The position numbers and the translations under genes are program-made. Below the pieces are notes generated by a model that saw nothing but the letters and a program-made list of their open reading frames with translations, had not been told where the DNA came from and searched no databases. A stretch of 64,000 nt of DNA from Schmidtea polychroa (lineage: Eukaryota): positions 67,332,001-67,396,000 of the forward strand of contig CM097885.1 in assembly GCA_044892525.1 (NCBI GenBank), given 5' to 3'. Positions 41,801-56,800 of the stretch are shown here, piece after piece. The stretch's first letter is position 1. Every line of letters begins with the position of its first letter.

Positions 41801-44800
41801 CGACTTGAATTAATAAAACCCAACAATATTATTATAGTTTGTTTAGATTTATAATAATACATTAATCTATATTTCACATATTTTATATTTTTGAAATAAA
41901 AATCGTGAAATGGAAATTTAAATTTGTATTTTTGTCAACTTTATTTTATCTTTTAGTACGAAAAAATTTCCCGGTAATTTCCCGGTAAACCGGTAAATTG
42001 ACAATCCCTACTGATATCTATACGCTGTTTGATTTTACCCAAATTAACTTGAGCTGCTACCAATGACAATGTTTTTAAGTTCCAAAATAAAGTACATACT
42101 GTGCTCGGTATTAAGTTTAACTGGAAATTCATTTGGAACTTCTAGATTTTGTTTTTCTATATGAAGTTGACAAATTTCGAAATCTTTGTATTTCACTATG
42201 AATTCTATTAAAAATTCACCGTTTCTAATTTCTTCACCGGTCATTCAGCAAATAGAAGTGAAGTCTTTATGTTTACGTGCTGTAAATGGACAAATTCATT
42301 TAGCTAATTTGGTATCGAAAGAGAAATGTGGGAAAAACAAATTTTGATAGATTAAAATGAAATAAAATTTATTTTCTAAACCTTGTATACTCAAACCGAA
42401 AACCTTGATATTTGTAATTGTATAGAGTTCAATCGACCAATCAACAAATTCACATTTGTATTTCCATTATTAAAACTCCCGTATTTCACTTCTTCGTTCA
42501 ACTATATCTCAACATATATTTGCTAGCTTGTAGTATATTAAACAAGTAAATGATAATATAAGCCTTTTTGCTGCAAAGCATATATTAAATAAAATGAAAT
42601 AATTTTCAATTATAAAACTAATCCTTATCAATTTTGAAATTGATCTCTTAAAATTGATGAGGATTATTTTATAATCGAAGATTATTTCACTTTATTCAAT
42701 ATATACTTTGCAGCAAAAGGCTTATATTATCATTTACTTATTTAAAGAGTGACAAAGTTTCTCAATTAATTCAAAGTTTTATTTAAGTTACATAATCGGT
42801 AAGCAAACTCGGAGGAGTTTGCTCTCAATCAATATACCAGCACAAAACATCAACATAAGTGTAGTAATACTAGAAAAGAATTATTATTGCATTATTAGAT
42901 TAGATTTATTAAAAAAGCAAAAGATATGGTAGTTATTGGTCAAACGTATTTACCTGTTTCCAATCCCAAGTAGAAATTCCATCGGCACAAAGTATAACAA
43001 CAAATTTGTTTTGACCAAATGTGACACTATCAAATGATATACGATTGATTTTACCCAAATTAACTTGAACTGCTACCGATGTCAAAGTTTTAAAGTTCCA
43101 AAATAAAGCACTTCCATCAGAATCGCCAATTATTACCACATTATTTTTATAAGCCATAGCCGAAATCTTATTAACAGGAGTCTGAATTATTCGAACAGAC
43201 TATCAGAAAACATTCCACTAAATTCACTAACTTCAATGGGAACTTGACGACCCTTTATGATCACATTTCCCTCTACGATTACATGTTGCATGTAATTTCC
43301 AGAATCGATGCTGAGAAATTTTTCTTTCGAATAACTGTCATAAAAATTAAAATATGCAAATAAAAATGGAATTAAATATAAAATGTATCATTTTAAAAAC
43401 ATTGCAAAAGTCTTCAGACGTATACTGGAGATTCACCTTCACTGAAGTCAATGCAGAAAAAGTTTCTATGTTCATTCTCGATTTATCACTACTCCAGAAA
43501 TTATTAATAATTGAAATTACTCTTACAATAGGTATTTCTGGCCAGAAAAGCATTTGCTCATAGTTCCTGCATCAGATTAACGACATTTAACAAACAAGCA
43601 AGTGGTGCGTGTTAAGAAATCGGCTAATTCAACTAACGTCCCGCAGTGCCACCCCATTGAAAAAAATGCGCGCCGAAATTAAAATACAAGTGTTTCGTGA
43701 AATAAACAAATTTCAAATATATATATTGGAAACTTTCTTGCTGTTGAGTCTTGGCTATCGTAATGACATCTTCTGTTTACATCATTAGTATTGTGTATAT
43801 CTGTAGTTCCAATACACAAACCCTTATTATTGACTAAAATAATTTTGATAGAATAAACGTCGTATATATATAGAAATTAAATCTATAAAGTTCACCATTT
43901 AGACGGTGGTACTTCCGTGTTATCTTACCCCCAAAAATTAAATTATAAAATACAATTAAAATAACAATATAAAAAATGAGAGAATACATTATTGATGACA
44001 TTATTGAACATGAATTTATTAAGGCTACCTGTGATTTATGTGATTATGTGAGTTTATGTGGCGCAAACGTGTTCTAAGCAACAGTGCCGATGTGTTCGAC
44101 ACTATTCTCAACGACATTGTGGTTTTCTGGCCACCTGGATGACCATTTACAAACTCTTTACAAACTTTGCTGAGTTTGTAACTGTGATTTAGAAAATAAA
44201 TATAATAATTATATGTGTTCTTTTTTAATTTAATTTTTGGGGGTAAGATAACACGGAAGTACCTAGACTGTTAAGGTTAAAGAAGTAATTAATATCATTA
44301 TATCGATAGCTAATAATTCTAAAATTTTCGATACACAGTAGCGAAGTGACATTGGCACATATAATTCTGACAGCTATTTCTAGGTCCACTGCTATTTATT
44401 TTCATTAACTTCAACATTTTTTTCGTTCAAAGTCAGAAGCTTGAATTTGACAGATGAGTGCTTCTCTCATGAACAGCTGTGTGTGGGTGAATGACAAAGT
44501 CAAAGGATCGCTCAACATTGTTAATCATCGGCGATGATTAACAGGAGATTAAAAATATTGTATAATTTTTGAAAAAATCCGGGTCTTTTTCGTGGAAACC
44601 GGGACACGAATAAAAAATAGTTGAAAAATTCATTATCCTGCACCTGATGGTGCAATGTAAATACTTTCGTTCTAAATTTGAACCATTTTTAGTTTCACTG
44701 GTGAAAAACAATAATTAACATTAAATTTTATAATCGCTCTAACGTATATCTCTTGCATTGTAAAACAAAGAAAAACTTCAACGTACTAGAAAATTTTTGT

Positions 44801-47800
44801 TTTGTTGTAACGGAACTGCATCTAGTTTTTATGCAACGCAGATATATTTTTTATGAAAAATTCTATCTCAAAAAGGCAATCGTTAAATTCATTCTTACAT
44901 TGATCAAAAAATAGTAATTATTGATTTTGAGTGAATTGTAAGTATAGATATTGAAAAATTAACTTAATTTCGTGAATTTCACAATGCGACGAGCGATTAA
45001 GAGAAAAGTATTCAAATATTTTCCCATTAAAGTCAGGGACTGAGAAGATTTTGAAGGAAAAAATTTAAAAAATCATAGAAATTTACAATACGGGGACATA
45101 TTACCTCCAAACTCGGATTCTGAGACAAAGCTGAAAATCCCAGACTGTCCAGGCAAATTCCTTGCAACTGGCCACTAAGTATGGAAATCAGTTTGTAATC
45201 ACAGGATGAATAAAATAAATTATAATAAATAAAGAATAAATTTGAATTTATCTCGGATGAAGCCGAGTAATAAGCTAGTAGATTAATTAGATGTAATATG
45301 AAAATTAATGTTAATAAAATAGGATTAATGATATCAATTACTTATTATATCTTGAGCATCAAAACCGAAGACACTAAAAATACAACTAACCTTTCATCAC
45401 TGAGTACTCTATTCGAGTTCCTATTCAATCCGGTAGACCATTCCTGATGTTAACATAAATTTCATCAAAAAATTAAGATCAAAACCAGAATGGTTAAAGG
45501 TCGATTAGTAACAGGGATTTCTCTTATCTTGATCAATAGCCTACAATCCCAGATCTCAGCCGGTCCTTCTTTCAGTAGAATAACAAAATATTGCCGTAAA
45601 CTACTGACACGAACCATTTCAATCGGACTTTCAGGAGTGTCACTGCGTAGATCAATGATCTTTCCAATATCCAATCGAATTGCACAAAGACAATTTTTCA
45701 CTTTTGTCGAAGCCGTGGAAGACAACGACGAGCCAGTGGAACTATTTCCATATACAATGATTATTCCACGACAAGCGCTAGAAGATGCCACTTGAATCCA
45801 TTCAATACCACGAATGGGGCAATGAATCACTTGAAATTCTCTTTCAAGCTGGCTACTGACTACATTCCATATCTACGGCATTCATATAATTCATAATTCA
45901 TTAATTCCAAGTTTATTTTGTACTTGAACGACACCTTTAGAATTTCCAACCGCAAGCAAAGGATAATCGGTTTGATTCATATTGATGGGATTAGCACGAA
46001 TTACAGTCGGATCAGACAATAAACCTTGGTAAAAAGATACCATATTAATTGACAATTTGCCCCATGTTTCTAGTCGACCTCTGACATAATTAAAAGATTT
46101 ATCCCAATAAATGATCCACACATTGTAAATATATAATATGTAAAATGATAATGGTGAGTTATAAAAATAATTTAATTTAACAGTTTACTTATGATTTATC
46201 AGTAAAATATATAATATTAAATAAATTCTACTATTATTCTGAAAACAAAAATTATATGGGAAAAGGAAAGAATAAAATCATGTTTTTGGTAATTAAAATT
46301 ATCATAGATAACACTTGATAATGAAAATGTTTAAATTAATCATGATAAAATATAACAAGTATCAAGTAATTATTTTTAATTTTCAATCTCGGAATTTCTA
46401 ATTTGACACATTTCTTTATCTAAACTTTATAAAGACTGATCCACGATATTAATAGAAAGCAAATGTGCTGTTTTAACGTGAAGAAGAACAGAAAAGAACG
46501 TTTATTGTGACATAATTTAACTGCTTAGTGAGTGATATCACACAAGACACCAACAAGCCTTGCAAAGTTATTTTTCTAACTCATATTTGGGATTTTGCTT
46601 CTAGATTTTTATTAGGTCTAAGAACCACAGAAAAAAATAGCTAATTTGGCATAGCAAAACTTGCACTCTTTTCGATCAGCCGTTCCATTACCTGTTCGCT
46701 TATTTAAAATATTGGCGGCTGCTATTGAATAATCCTAACGGTAAGAGACAATTTCAAAAAATAGTTGTGGTGCTGGCGGCAAAGCACTGTCAGTCAAAAA
46801 TGACTGACATGGCAATGAGTGTTAAGAGATGAAGACGTCTTTCATCGCGTTCATTACATTGTTGTTTTTTCATATATGGAACACTGAAACCGCAAGAAAA
46901 GTTCAACTTTTGGAGGTTTTAATTTTTTAATAAAATCTTTTTAAAACCATCTTATTTTGAACATGAAATATGAGTCTGAATTTTGTGATATTGACTATTT
47001 TGGTGTTTCTGTGTATGTCAGCGACAGTCACTTTGAAGAGTACGGAATACCACTTTCTAACGATCTGGGTTGTTCATTTTCAAGGTTCTTAAAGTCTTTT
47101 CTCGTGGATCGATATGGTTATCGCCAATTTCGTTAATTAGGAATGTATTCATGACTAAAAGCATTTGTGTCAGTGATATGCCATGTCTACTGTTTGGAAT
47201 GTTCCATCATTCTAATAATGTGTATGGTATGTTTCAGATCCAATAGTTGTTTATTGCGGTTGAATCTTTTTCGTATATTTCGTTTAAACCATTACTCTGT
47301 GAACAGTGGCGTTACTAGGTTGGTGTCACCCAGTGTGGTAACGCATGGTGTCACCCTTCTCAAGACACCCCATAGACCTCCTCCGTGTCCACCAGTGCAT
47401 TATAACGGAAACATACAGAATCCTTAGTAACGTCTATAAATATAGTTCCTATATTTACAAAAGTAATAGAAGAAAAAATTAATTCAATGTCGGTTGGTAA
47501 AAGACTGTAAGAATTTAATTTTATGTCATATTAAATTTTGACTAAACCAGGAATTTCCTTTGTTGTTAATTACTTCATCGAAATCAACTCCTTTCGCCAA
47601 ATCACTTTCAAAAATTAATATTGCAAGATCAGAAAGCCTTGACTGTCCCATGGCAGATCGCAAATAGTTCTTTATAAACTTTAGCTTTGAAAAACTCCTC
47701 TCACATGAAGCCACGGTCACACAGATCGTAAGAAATAATTGTAGGCTCACTGAGAGATATGGGAGTCCCATTCAGTTGTGAATTTCAAAACTTCAAGTAT

Positions 47801-50800
47801 TGACCAGTCTTTGGCTTCTTCAAGATCAATCTCTGCTGCCTTCAGGTGTCTTCTCAGCCTTGGTATTTCTAATAAAAGCTCTTCCTTTGATAACTCATCA
47901 TAGAAAGTGGTCAATTTTGGAATGGACACCAGTAACTCTTCTTCAGTGGCAGATATCAAACTCTTGGTTTGAACAGCCTCAAACATAGCTGCTAATTCCT
48001 TGAAGGTTCTTGATATGATCTTGCAGAGTTAGTCCAGCATTTCTTGTCTTTTCACCTGTCATCCTCTTCTTGAACCTCGCTCTGCTCTCTACTGACATTC
48101 CATATTGGTCTGATTTTCAAAGCGCTTGTTCAATTGCAGATGATTACGCTGCTCGTACATAAAACGTCTAAGCGTCTCTAGCTTTATCACCCTCTTGTCA
48201 AGAGTTACGCCCTTTAAGCTGTATAAAATTAACTTCTTCAAGTACATCACACCAAAAGAAGAGGTAGCGCTGAGACAGGAACGCCGAAGCGGGCCTCTGG
48301 AAAAAGTTCTCGTCACCGCCGTCATTCTAATTTCATGGAGTGACAAAATCATAGACAGTGAAATTTTGCATTTTGGTGTCACCCGATGCGATCCGCACCC
48401 CTACTGATGCTATTGTTTGTGAATGGAATATTGATATTTAGTGTTTGTAGTCACGTGTTTTTTACAAAGGTTTGGAATAATTCAGATTCGAATTGTTAAT
48501 CTTCATCGAACATGACTCTTTTTGTTACTCGAAAACACAATATTTAAATGCCAATGATGAGTTTTACATTTCTAATCTCCAAATGAAGGCATGACTTCCT
48601 ATACCATTTCTGTCACCAAAGTAAAATTTTAAACAAATGCTAATAATATATATCAATAATAATATTTCAATAATAATAGATCAATAATAATATATCAATG
48701 ATAATATTTCAATAATAATATATTTCAATTAATATTAAAGAATCGATATATAGGATAATTCAAAGATATCATTGTTTTTTTTGATATTCACGAATTTTCA
48801 GCACAGCCCTTTTCAAAATCAAATTTTAATAAATACAATACATATACTATAAATCAATAAATCCATTATAATTACTTGGGAAGACCGTTTACTTGCTTAT
48901 CATCCGGTAAAATGCGATAAGATCCAATGATCTCTCCGTTTTGTTCAGCACGAATAAAGGTAGAGAAATCGACCATTGGTAACATGATATTGTAAAGCAT
49001 AACTGGCCATATTTGCTCTATACAGAAATTCGATGAAGGGAGTTTGACAAAATTCTGAGGAGATAACAAATATGAATTGTTTTCCGGGAAAACCTCTAAG
49101 GATATTGGATTGATTTGGAGCTCCCAAGTCTAATTGAAGTAGCAATATCAGCCTAGCTAAAATCCAAATACCTGGATTTTGGTGTCAGATGTAATTAAGG
49201 ATAGAAGAGTTTCGTTGCAAACCGCAACTGACATACTCTGAACTCGTACATTTCTAGTCAATCTCGGAAGGTCCGACTGACACAATTGTTGATAATGACC
49301 AGCTTCTACCCAACCAAAACGGTTGTTTCCATCATCAACTACATTTAAACCCATATTGAGTCTCACTGTAGATGTAATGAAATCTGCCTCATTCATTGGA
49401 TCCTTGATTTCCAGTTTCAAACTGCTGAAAAGTTCCCCGTCTTCTGTCACAATAATAGGACGCCGGCCTCTGACTGTGACAACTCCGTTTTCATGGAGAC
49501 AATACAAAATATCATTCTGCCAACAACTGTAGACCTAGATTCAAGTAGAAAATTATTGAAATAAAAAAAAATTAATATTATATATACTTTAAGAAAATTC
49601 GGAGTATTTTTATCAAGAGTAATGCTCGCAACTGCTTGAAAAATCATCAAATCCATTATAAGGACTTCGCGAGGATAAACAATAATGATGTGATTCTGGC
49701 AGTAGGAATGATATATAACTTGGATACAGTTGGAATTGTTCGTTTGAGATTGGACTGGTGCTTTGATTCTGTAATAGATTTCCAACGAATTTATTAAATA
49801 AATTCAAATAATTTGTACTTGAGTTTTGAAGCATATTTGACTAATAAATCTCAGTTTAACACTTATTCTAACACTAACTATATTAAAAAAATGTTTTCAC
49901 ATCCCTGTAACAGATAGCGCCACCAAATTTTCCATGAGGCTCCGATGGGTCCCGGGACAGATCGACATGGGGTTGGTTTGACCATCAGGAGTGAAGGGGA
50001 TGGTCTAACCCCCATTTTTTGTAAAAAATCATTAATAAATATCCAATTAATAAATATTTATTTTTTACCGTCTATTAATAAAGCTCAAGGTCAGTCATTT
50101 AAAGTTACTGGTATTAATCTAGGAACTCTTTGCTTTTCCCATGGTCATTTGTATGTGGCGTGTTCAAGAATAGGAACTGGTAAGAATTTGTACGTTTATG
50201 CTCCTGACGGTAAAACCCAAAACATTGTATATCAAACTGCATTGTAATGAAAAAATAAATTTATTTGAACTGTATATTTTATTAAAAATAACTAATAATA
50301 CGGAAAATATCATTAACTAGACAATGATTCAAGTGACATTTTGTCTCTCCGACGAGATACATACTATCAAATTATCTTGACTAATATCGGGTACCTCAGC
50401 TAGTAATAAATATTTTGCAACAAAGTCATATTTTGTCATTTACTAGTTTAAGGCTTAAATTAAGAAAGCTATTGTCAATTTTTTCATTTGTATTAAACAT
50501 ATTATTCGCAGCAAAAGACTTTAATTATCATTTAATTGTTTAAAATAATAATAATAATATTATGAAATACAATATATTAAATGTAGTGAAATCAAAAATT
50601 TTTATAATAATAATTAATTAATCATAATCAAACAATTAATCTATTAGTATTGCATTAACACTTAATTACACATCACTCAATTGATAAATATTATTACATG
50701 AGAGGTTGTGATAGAATAATACAAATATTGATCCAATGTATGATTTAATTTTTGTTTTACAAAGTGATGTATTTGGTCAATCTCATATTTATAACAGCAT

Positions 50801-53800
50801 CATCGTCATATGATGTTCATATTGAAAGAATTTCCATACGTTTGGTATATAACGGCTGTTTTTTAAAGAGTGTGAAGTGAGATCTAAAATAATCACTAAG
50901 TTTCAGTGAGAATGATCCCGTTGACTTAAGTTTCTACTTCCTTTATATGTATTTAATTATTAATAAATTGACATACATTTCCTATTTAACACAATTTTTT
51001 TATATTTATAAATAACACTTAAATAATCCAGTATGGAAATTTTGTGTTAAAAAGAAAATTGATCTTCAGTGAAAATCTAAATGAAAATAAATGAAATTCT
51101 AAAGGAAAAACACAGATCAAAAGAAAACAAACATAAACTACACCGATCAATTAACACAATGGATTTAGCATTTATTTGTTTATATTATTTGTCATTTCAT
51201 TTTGTTTTATGGATGTAAATAACTTTATCAATTATTTTAGTTGAAATGTTGTAACAGAAGAGTGAATCTACAAATGAAATTTAATAAATAATAAATTTAA
51301 TAAGCACTTAAAGTAAAATATCTTCCGGATATTATAAAAAATTGGATATTGAAAAATTAGTGTGGCAAAAGCGCTTGTATTGTACGTTCCATTTTAAAGA
51401 AATCAGCTATTACAAATCTGGCATTAATAACATTTCTTTCTGACAAAATGCATTTTATTGTATCTGGAAGTTAGTTTAATTTGTTTTTGAAGCTCTATTA
51501 TAAGAATTTAAAGCAATTCCTTTAAATAATGTTAACTCTGAGATATACATGAAATCTTGAGTGAATTCATATATCTCTAGTAATATTTCCTCAAACTGAA
51601 AAAAATTCCTTTCGAACATCACATCTATTTGTATCTGAATTAAATTGTGTTAATTTTACTTATTAAGTATAATATACAGACAGAACATAAATCTATTGAA
51701 AGTGAATTAACACTCTCAGTGCCATGTCAGTCATTTTTGACTGACAGTGCTTTGCCACTCGCACCAAAGAAAGAGAAAATACTGAAGTATTTTAGTCTAC
51801 TGTGATTTTTGTAATAGGTTAATGATTAACATATTCTGTGTCAGGTCGATTTGTCTGACAGAGACTTTTTAAAATAAACTTGTCAGGTCAATATGTCTGA
51901 CATTAACATGTTAAAAAGGCCTGTTTTTTCTGTGGCACTGAGAGTGTTAATGATAGATTATGCTGATGAAATTATTTAGTTGCCTAAAATGGCGTTGCAG
52001 CATTCTTTGGTTGAATATTAAAATTTGTCACCTACTAACATTATGAATATCATACAAATCGGTGATGGAACATTTTCTTTCATAAACATAATCATGAAAT
52101 AAAGATGATTTTCTTTCCAATTAGTAGCTAAACAAAAATAACAAAAAACAAAACAAAAGTGACATGCAGTTTATAATCAAAATGTTTTCCAATCTATTAA
52201 CAAAACACATTTTAAGAGATTTTAGAGATGTTTCTAAAAAATGAAATTTGAAAAGTCTTACTACAAATCTTTGAAAAATTATTAAAAATTGAAAATTTAT
52301 ATTCACAAATGCAAAAAAGTATAAATTCTTATAAGTGCTTACGTTTCATTATTACTGCCTCCAAGATCCATCACTAATTTGGTTGTGGCTTTTAGCAATT
52401 GGGCTGACTTGGAAACAACCATTTTATTAATTGATGGCGTTTTAATATCAGGAGGATTTTCTCCTATTATCATATCAATAATATATATGGGACAAAAGTA
52501 CAAAAAAATAAAGTTCAGTTACCAGACAAATATATATCAGTGGGTCGTATTAAATTTAAAGTTGTACCAAAATTAGAATCCTCATACATATATCACTAAT
52601 TTCTAGCAATTTTGTCTTCAAAAACGTTTGAAAACGAAATTATTTTTTATAAAATTAGAGTTGGTTGTACACTTGTAATTAAAAAATTAATAAAGTCATA
52701 AATAATAAAAAAACATAAACTGCAGTGAAATATTTTAATTTAATGGAGAAAATCAACTTTAGTTTCAAGTCCAATCTTGATTATTCATTTGAGTGATAAC
52801 ATAATAGCATGGAGTTTTGTTAGTAAACTAAGCCATACACTTCTGGATTGTTTTTGATATTTCTCTTCACATCTTGCGAATAACACGAATAGTAAGGTAG
52901 AATTACTTGTGCATTACTGGCAAAAATTTCAGACTTGATGTATTGGATGTATTGATGTATTTCCCCCGAATACCATATTTATGTACAACTGAGATGTTAA
53001 ATTAATTTTAATACTGTTCTTGTCAAAGCAACGAATCTGTCACTCGATTGACTATTTCAAGCTATTAAAATTTTATCACAAGCAAGTTCTTGATATATTC
53101 ATCGCATATGGGCGCCAATAAGATATTTTCAGGATACATTTTAAGCAGGTACAACTGATCCGTATTTAAATAATTCATTACCGTATCTTCGAGTTCAACA
53201 ACACCACCTGAAACCGGTTTCGGCTACGGATCAAATTCCTGCATGCATCTTATGTATCCTGCTTTAGTTTTAGGACCAATGGTTCTCCCATCAGTGACTT
53301 CTATTAGCTTCTTCAAAGGCAATTCGTTGGCATGCATTAAATATAATAACTTTTGAAGAGGTTCTTTGAGATTTGTTCAATTTTTCGGATTACTCCATTG
53401 TTTGCACCTATATTGACACTTGTCCCATCAGAAACAAGTGCGAGTAACGTTGTTTCGGAGTTTCTGGCAGTAATCACAAACAATATTTCTCAGTGTCATC
53501 AGAATTTCCCCATAAGGGAAAAACATGTTCAACATAATTTCGGCTTGAGCACGATACCAAAACATGGAGTTCTTTATTCAACGAATAGACGATGTATGTA
53601 TGTATGTGTGTGTCATCAATCTTGCAATGAAAATTAAGACAAATAATTCCTCGATTTTCAAATAATTCCGATTGCTGACTTTTCCTCGATCAAGAGTTTT
53701 GTATTTTGATATCTTTTTTGTTGACTACTTTTGGAACTGAATTCACTGTCACTATTTTTCTCTTTTATATCATCAATGTAGTTTCCATCAATATCTTCGT

Positions 53801-56800
53801 CATCTTTTCTAAATCTTATGAAAAGCTCTTTATTCATCCATTGTTCTGGTTTCAGTTTCATTATTTCTCAGCTTTCTTTTTTTCACTAGCTTTTATAGTT
53901 TACTTGTCACAACTGGATCAAACTTTCCAATCACCATTTTTCTAGAAGTCTTCTGATCCACCCACACTCACCTAGACAAATATCAAACAGGCTATAGAAA
54001 CTTAACAAGCATTTTTGGTATGTGTTAGATGTTCTTTTTGATTTCGGTTATTTTTGTAGATCGTTCCCTTTCTCAATAAGCGTTTTTATTTTTATCACTA
54101 TGCTGTCGAATGCAATGATAGATATGCTGGCAGTTTTTTCATATTTCGATCACCTCGCCATCTTCTGCCAAGAAGTCCTGCCGGGACTGCGTAGAGACCC
54201 AGCTCTCGCCCAAACAACCCGATATCATTTTTATGGGAACAAGTCAGGCGCCACAGGCGATCGCCTCTACGTCCCTTGCAATTCCAATCAACCCATCAAC
54301 ATCAAAACCAAAACGTCGGCTAATGTCCAGAGCCGAACGTAAAAGAAAACAGCGGGAGCGAATAGCTGCCCAGCATAATATACCACCAACGGAACTCACG
54401 AATGGAGTCAGCGTTCCCTCGGTAACAGTAGTCCCCACGTCGGAAGCAGCTGGGCGAATTATCTCTGCCGCTGGAGTTACTTGGGAAGAGAACGCCTCCG
54501 AGTTCTTCGACCTTGAAGAGCTGTTAGCAGCTACAGAATGGGAGAAGTGAGAATACCCTAGTGGAATAACTCTGTCGTTAGCGAGATCATCGAACTAAAA
54601 TCATCGTGTTCCTTCCTCATCTTGTCGCTTTATGTTGTAGATAACTCATTGATATTGTATAAGTTTGATGATACCGTAAATAAAATTTATGTCTTTATGT
54701 CCTTTAGTTTTATAAAAGGTTTAGTATGATGATAATAAAGAGAGTGGAAAGTCTTTTGTTTCGATATTCTAGTGATATTAGTCAGCCGTATCCCAACCAA
54801 AGGTAGAGCAGTGAATTTACAACTTAGATGGACGTAAGACCTTCTATCGGCAGTCGAGATTGGGAAGTCGAGGCCTCAGTAAGGAGTAGTCCTAAGGCAG
54901 GGGCTCACCTGCTCACTGGCGTCTCGCCGGCATGGTACAGTTCCAACGTGAAGTGACTCACGTGTACCATGTTGGAGGGCAGGTTATGTGGGGCTCTGCT
55001 CAAGGTTGACGAAGTGGTGTCGAGGATAATCGTAATGGGCATTCATCTCCTAGACTAGAGAAAACGGAATTACGGGAAGTCAACCGAGTAGTGCCCCAGC
55101 ATAAATTTAATATAATTAATATAATTAACTTTCTAAATTTGTGTGGCTTGTAGTAAAATAGTGTGTCAATATAAAGGCATTTTCTAAATTTAAGCGTCGA
55201 AAAAAAAATTTGTGTGTGATGAAGTAATTTTATGTAAATAAAATAAAATTTATATGCGAAAAATACCCAACAATACAATTTTATTTATAATAAGGCCCAA
55301 GCTTCTAGAATCTTTTGAAAAAATATTTCTAGTTCTAATATATACTCGCTTTCATTTTCTACAAATATCGTTCAAATAGATAATATGCTTCTTTCCGATT
55401 AAAATGACCCAAAACTTGAGTCATAAACTTTTGAAGTTCTTGAAGCAGTTTCTATTCCAAAAGGCATTTGAAAATGCAGTCTTTAATTTTGATTTATCTT
55501 CTAATTCTACATGATAAAAGACATTACCGAGGTCGATCGTGCTAAATATTTGTGATCCATTTAATATATCCATTATCTAATCTATATTTTATATTGAAAA
55601 TCGAGGTCTCTCCATAATTGTATAGTGCATGAAAATCTAAATATTCTAACATCCTATTTATTCTTTCATAAATTGATCCCATTCATTCATGAAACAAAAT
55701 CCAAACTTAAACAAAACGGATTTCAAATTTCTTTCATCGAAAAATATAATCCTTCCATCAACATCCAACTCGCATAGAATAACAACGTCCTTCCATTTAC
55801 AGAGTTTTCGGGTCAATTTCGTAATTTTAAACCTCAATTTCGTAATTTTAAAACTTAATTTCGTACATTTATTTAATTTACCCATATAATTAAATTTTTG
55901 AAAGGTCAATTTCGTATATTGAAAGATCAATTTCACTTTTTAGACAGTCGATTTCGTAATCAATTTATTATTATGTCTATGCAATCGCAAACCCCAAGAA
56001 TCAAGAGACAATCTTACAATAGAATCGACCCAAGCCTAAGATCTCGTATCATTCAAGCATATAATAACGGTCAATCAGTATCTTCATTATCAGCGTATGA
56101 AAACTTGCAACGCAGTACTATTTATAGTATAATTGTTACTTTAAAAAAAACTGGAACGTCTTCTGTTATTCCAAGAGGTGGATTGAGGCACAGTAAAGTA
56201 AACGAGGAGGTAAGGGAATATGTAAGGAATCTTGTTGATGCCGATTGCTCACTGTCTTTAAGACGTATTGGAGCCGCTGTTTTTGAAGGCTTAGGTATTA
56301 ACATATCCAATCCAACAATTTACAAGTGTCTAAAAGATTTGCACTATTCATTGAAGCTTATTAAGATATTACCTCAAAGAAGAAATGATTTTGATGTCAT
56401 CGAAACCAGAAGAATTTATTCTGCAAACTTTTATAACCTCGAGGAAAGATTTCCACCAAATAAAATTATTTTTCTTGATGAGGTAGGCTTCAACGTAAGT
56501 CTCAGAGTTAAACACGGGAGAGTCCCTGTGGGGGAGACTCCAACGACAATAGTTACAAATATTAGGTCGAGGAATATTTCAGTATGTTGCGCCATGACAG
56601 GATGCGACATGCTATTTAAAAAGGTAAATGACAGGCCCTATAATGAAATTATATTTCAAAATTATCTTAATTCTATCTTTGAATGCTTAAGAGAACGAAA
56701 TCTGGAAAATTGTATTATGACTATGGATAACGTGTCCTTTCACAGATATATGTCGATAAGAACATTATTAGAAGCTAATGGACATCAAGTGGTTTATTTA

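Noticed and set aside
54896-55010. HDV-like ribozyme, suggested by GCCGGCATGGT
   Set aside because: I could not build the P1/P1.1/P2/P3 nested pseudoknot by eye; only a simple hairpin is supported.
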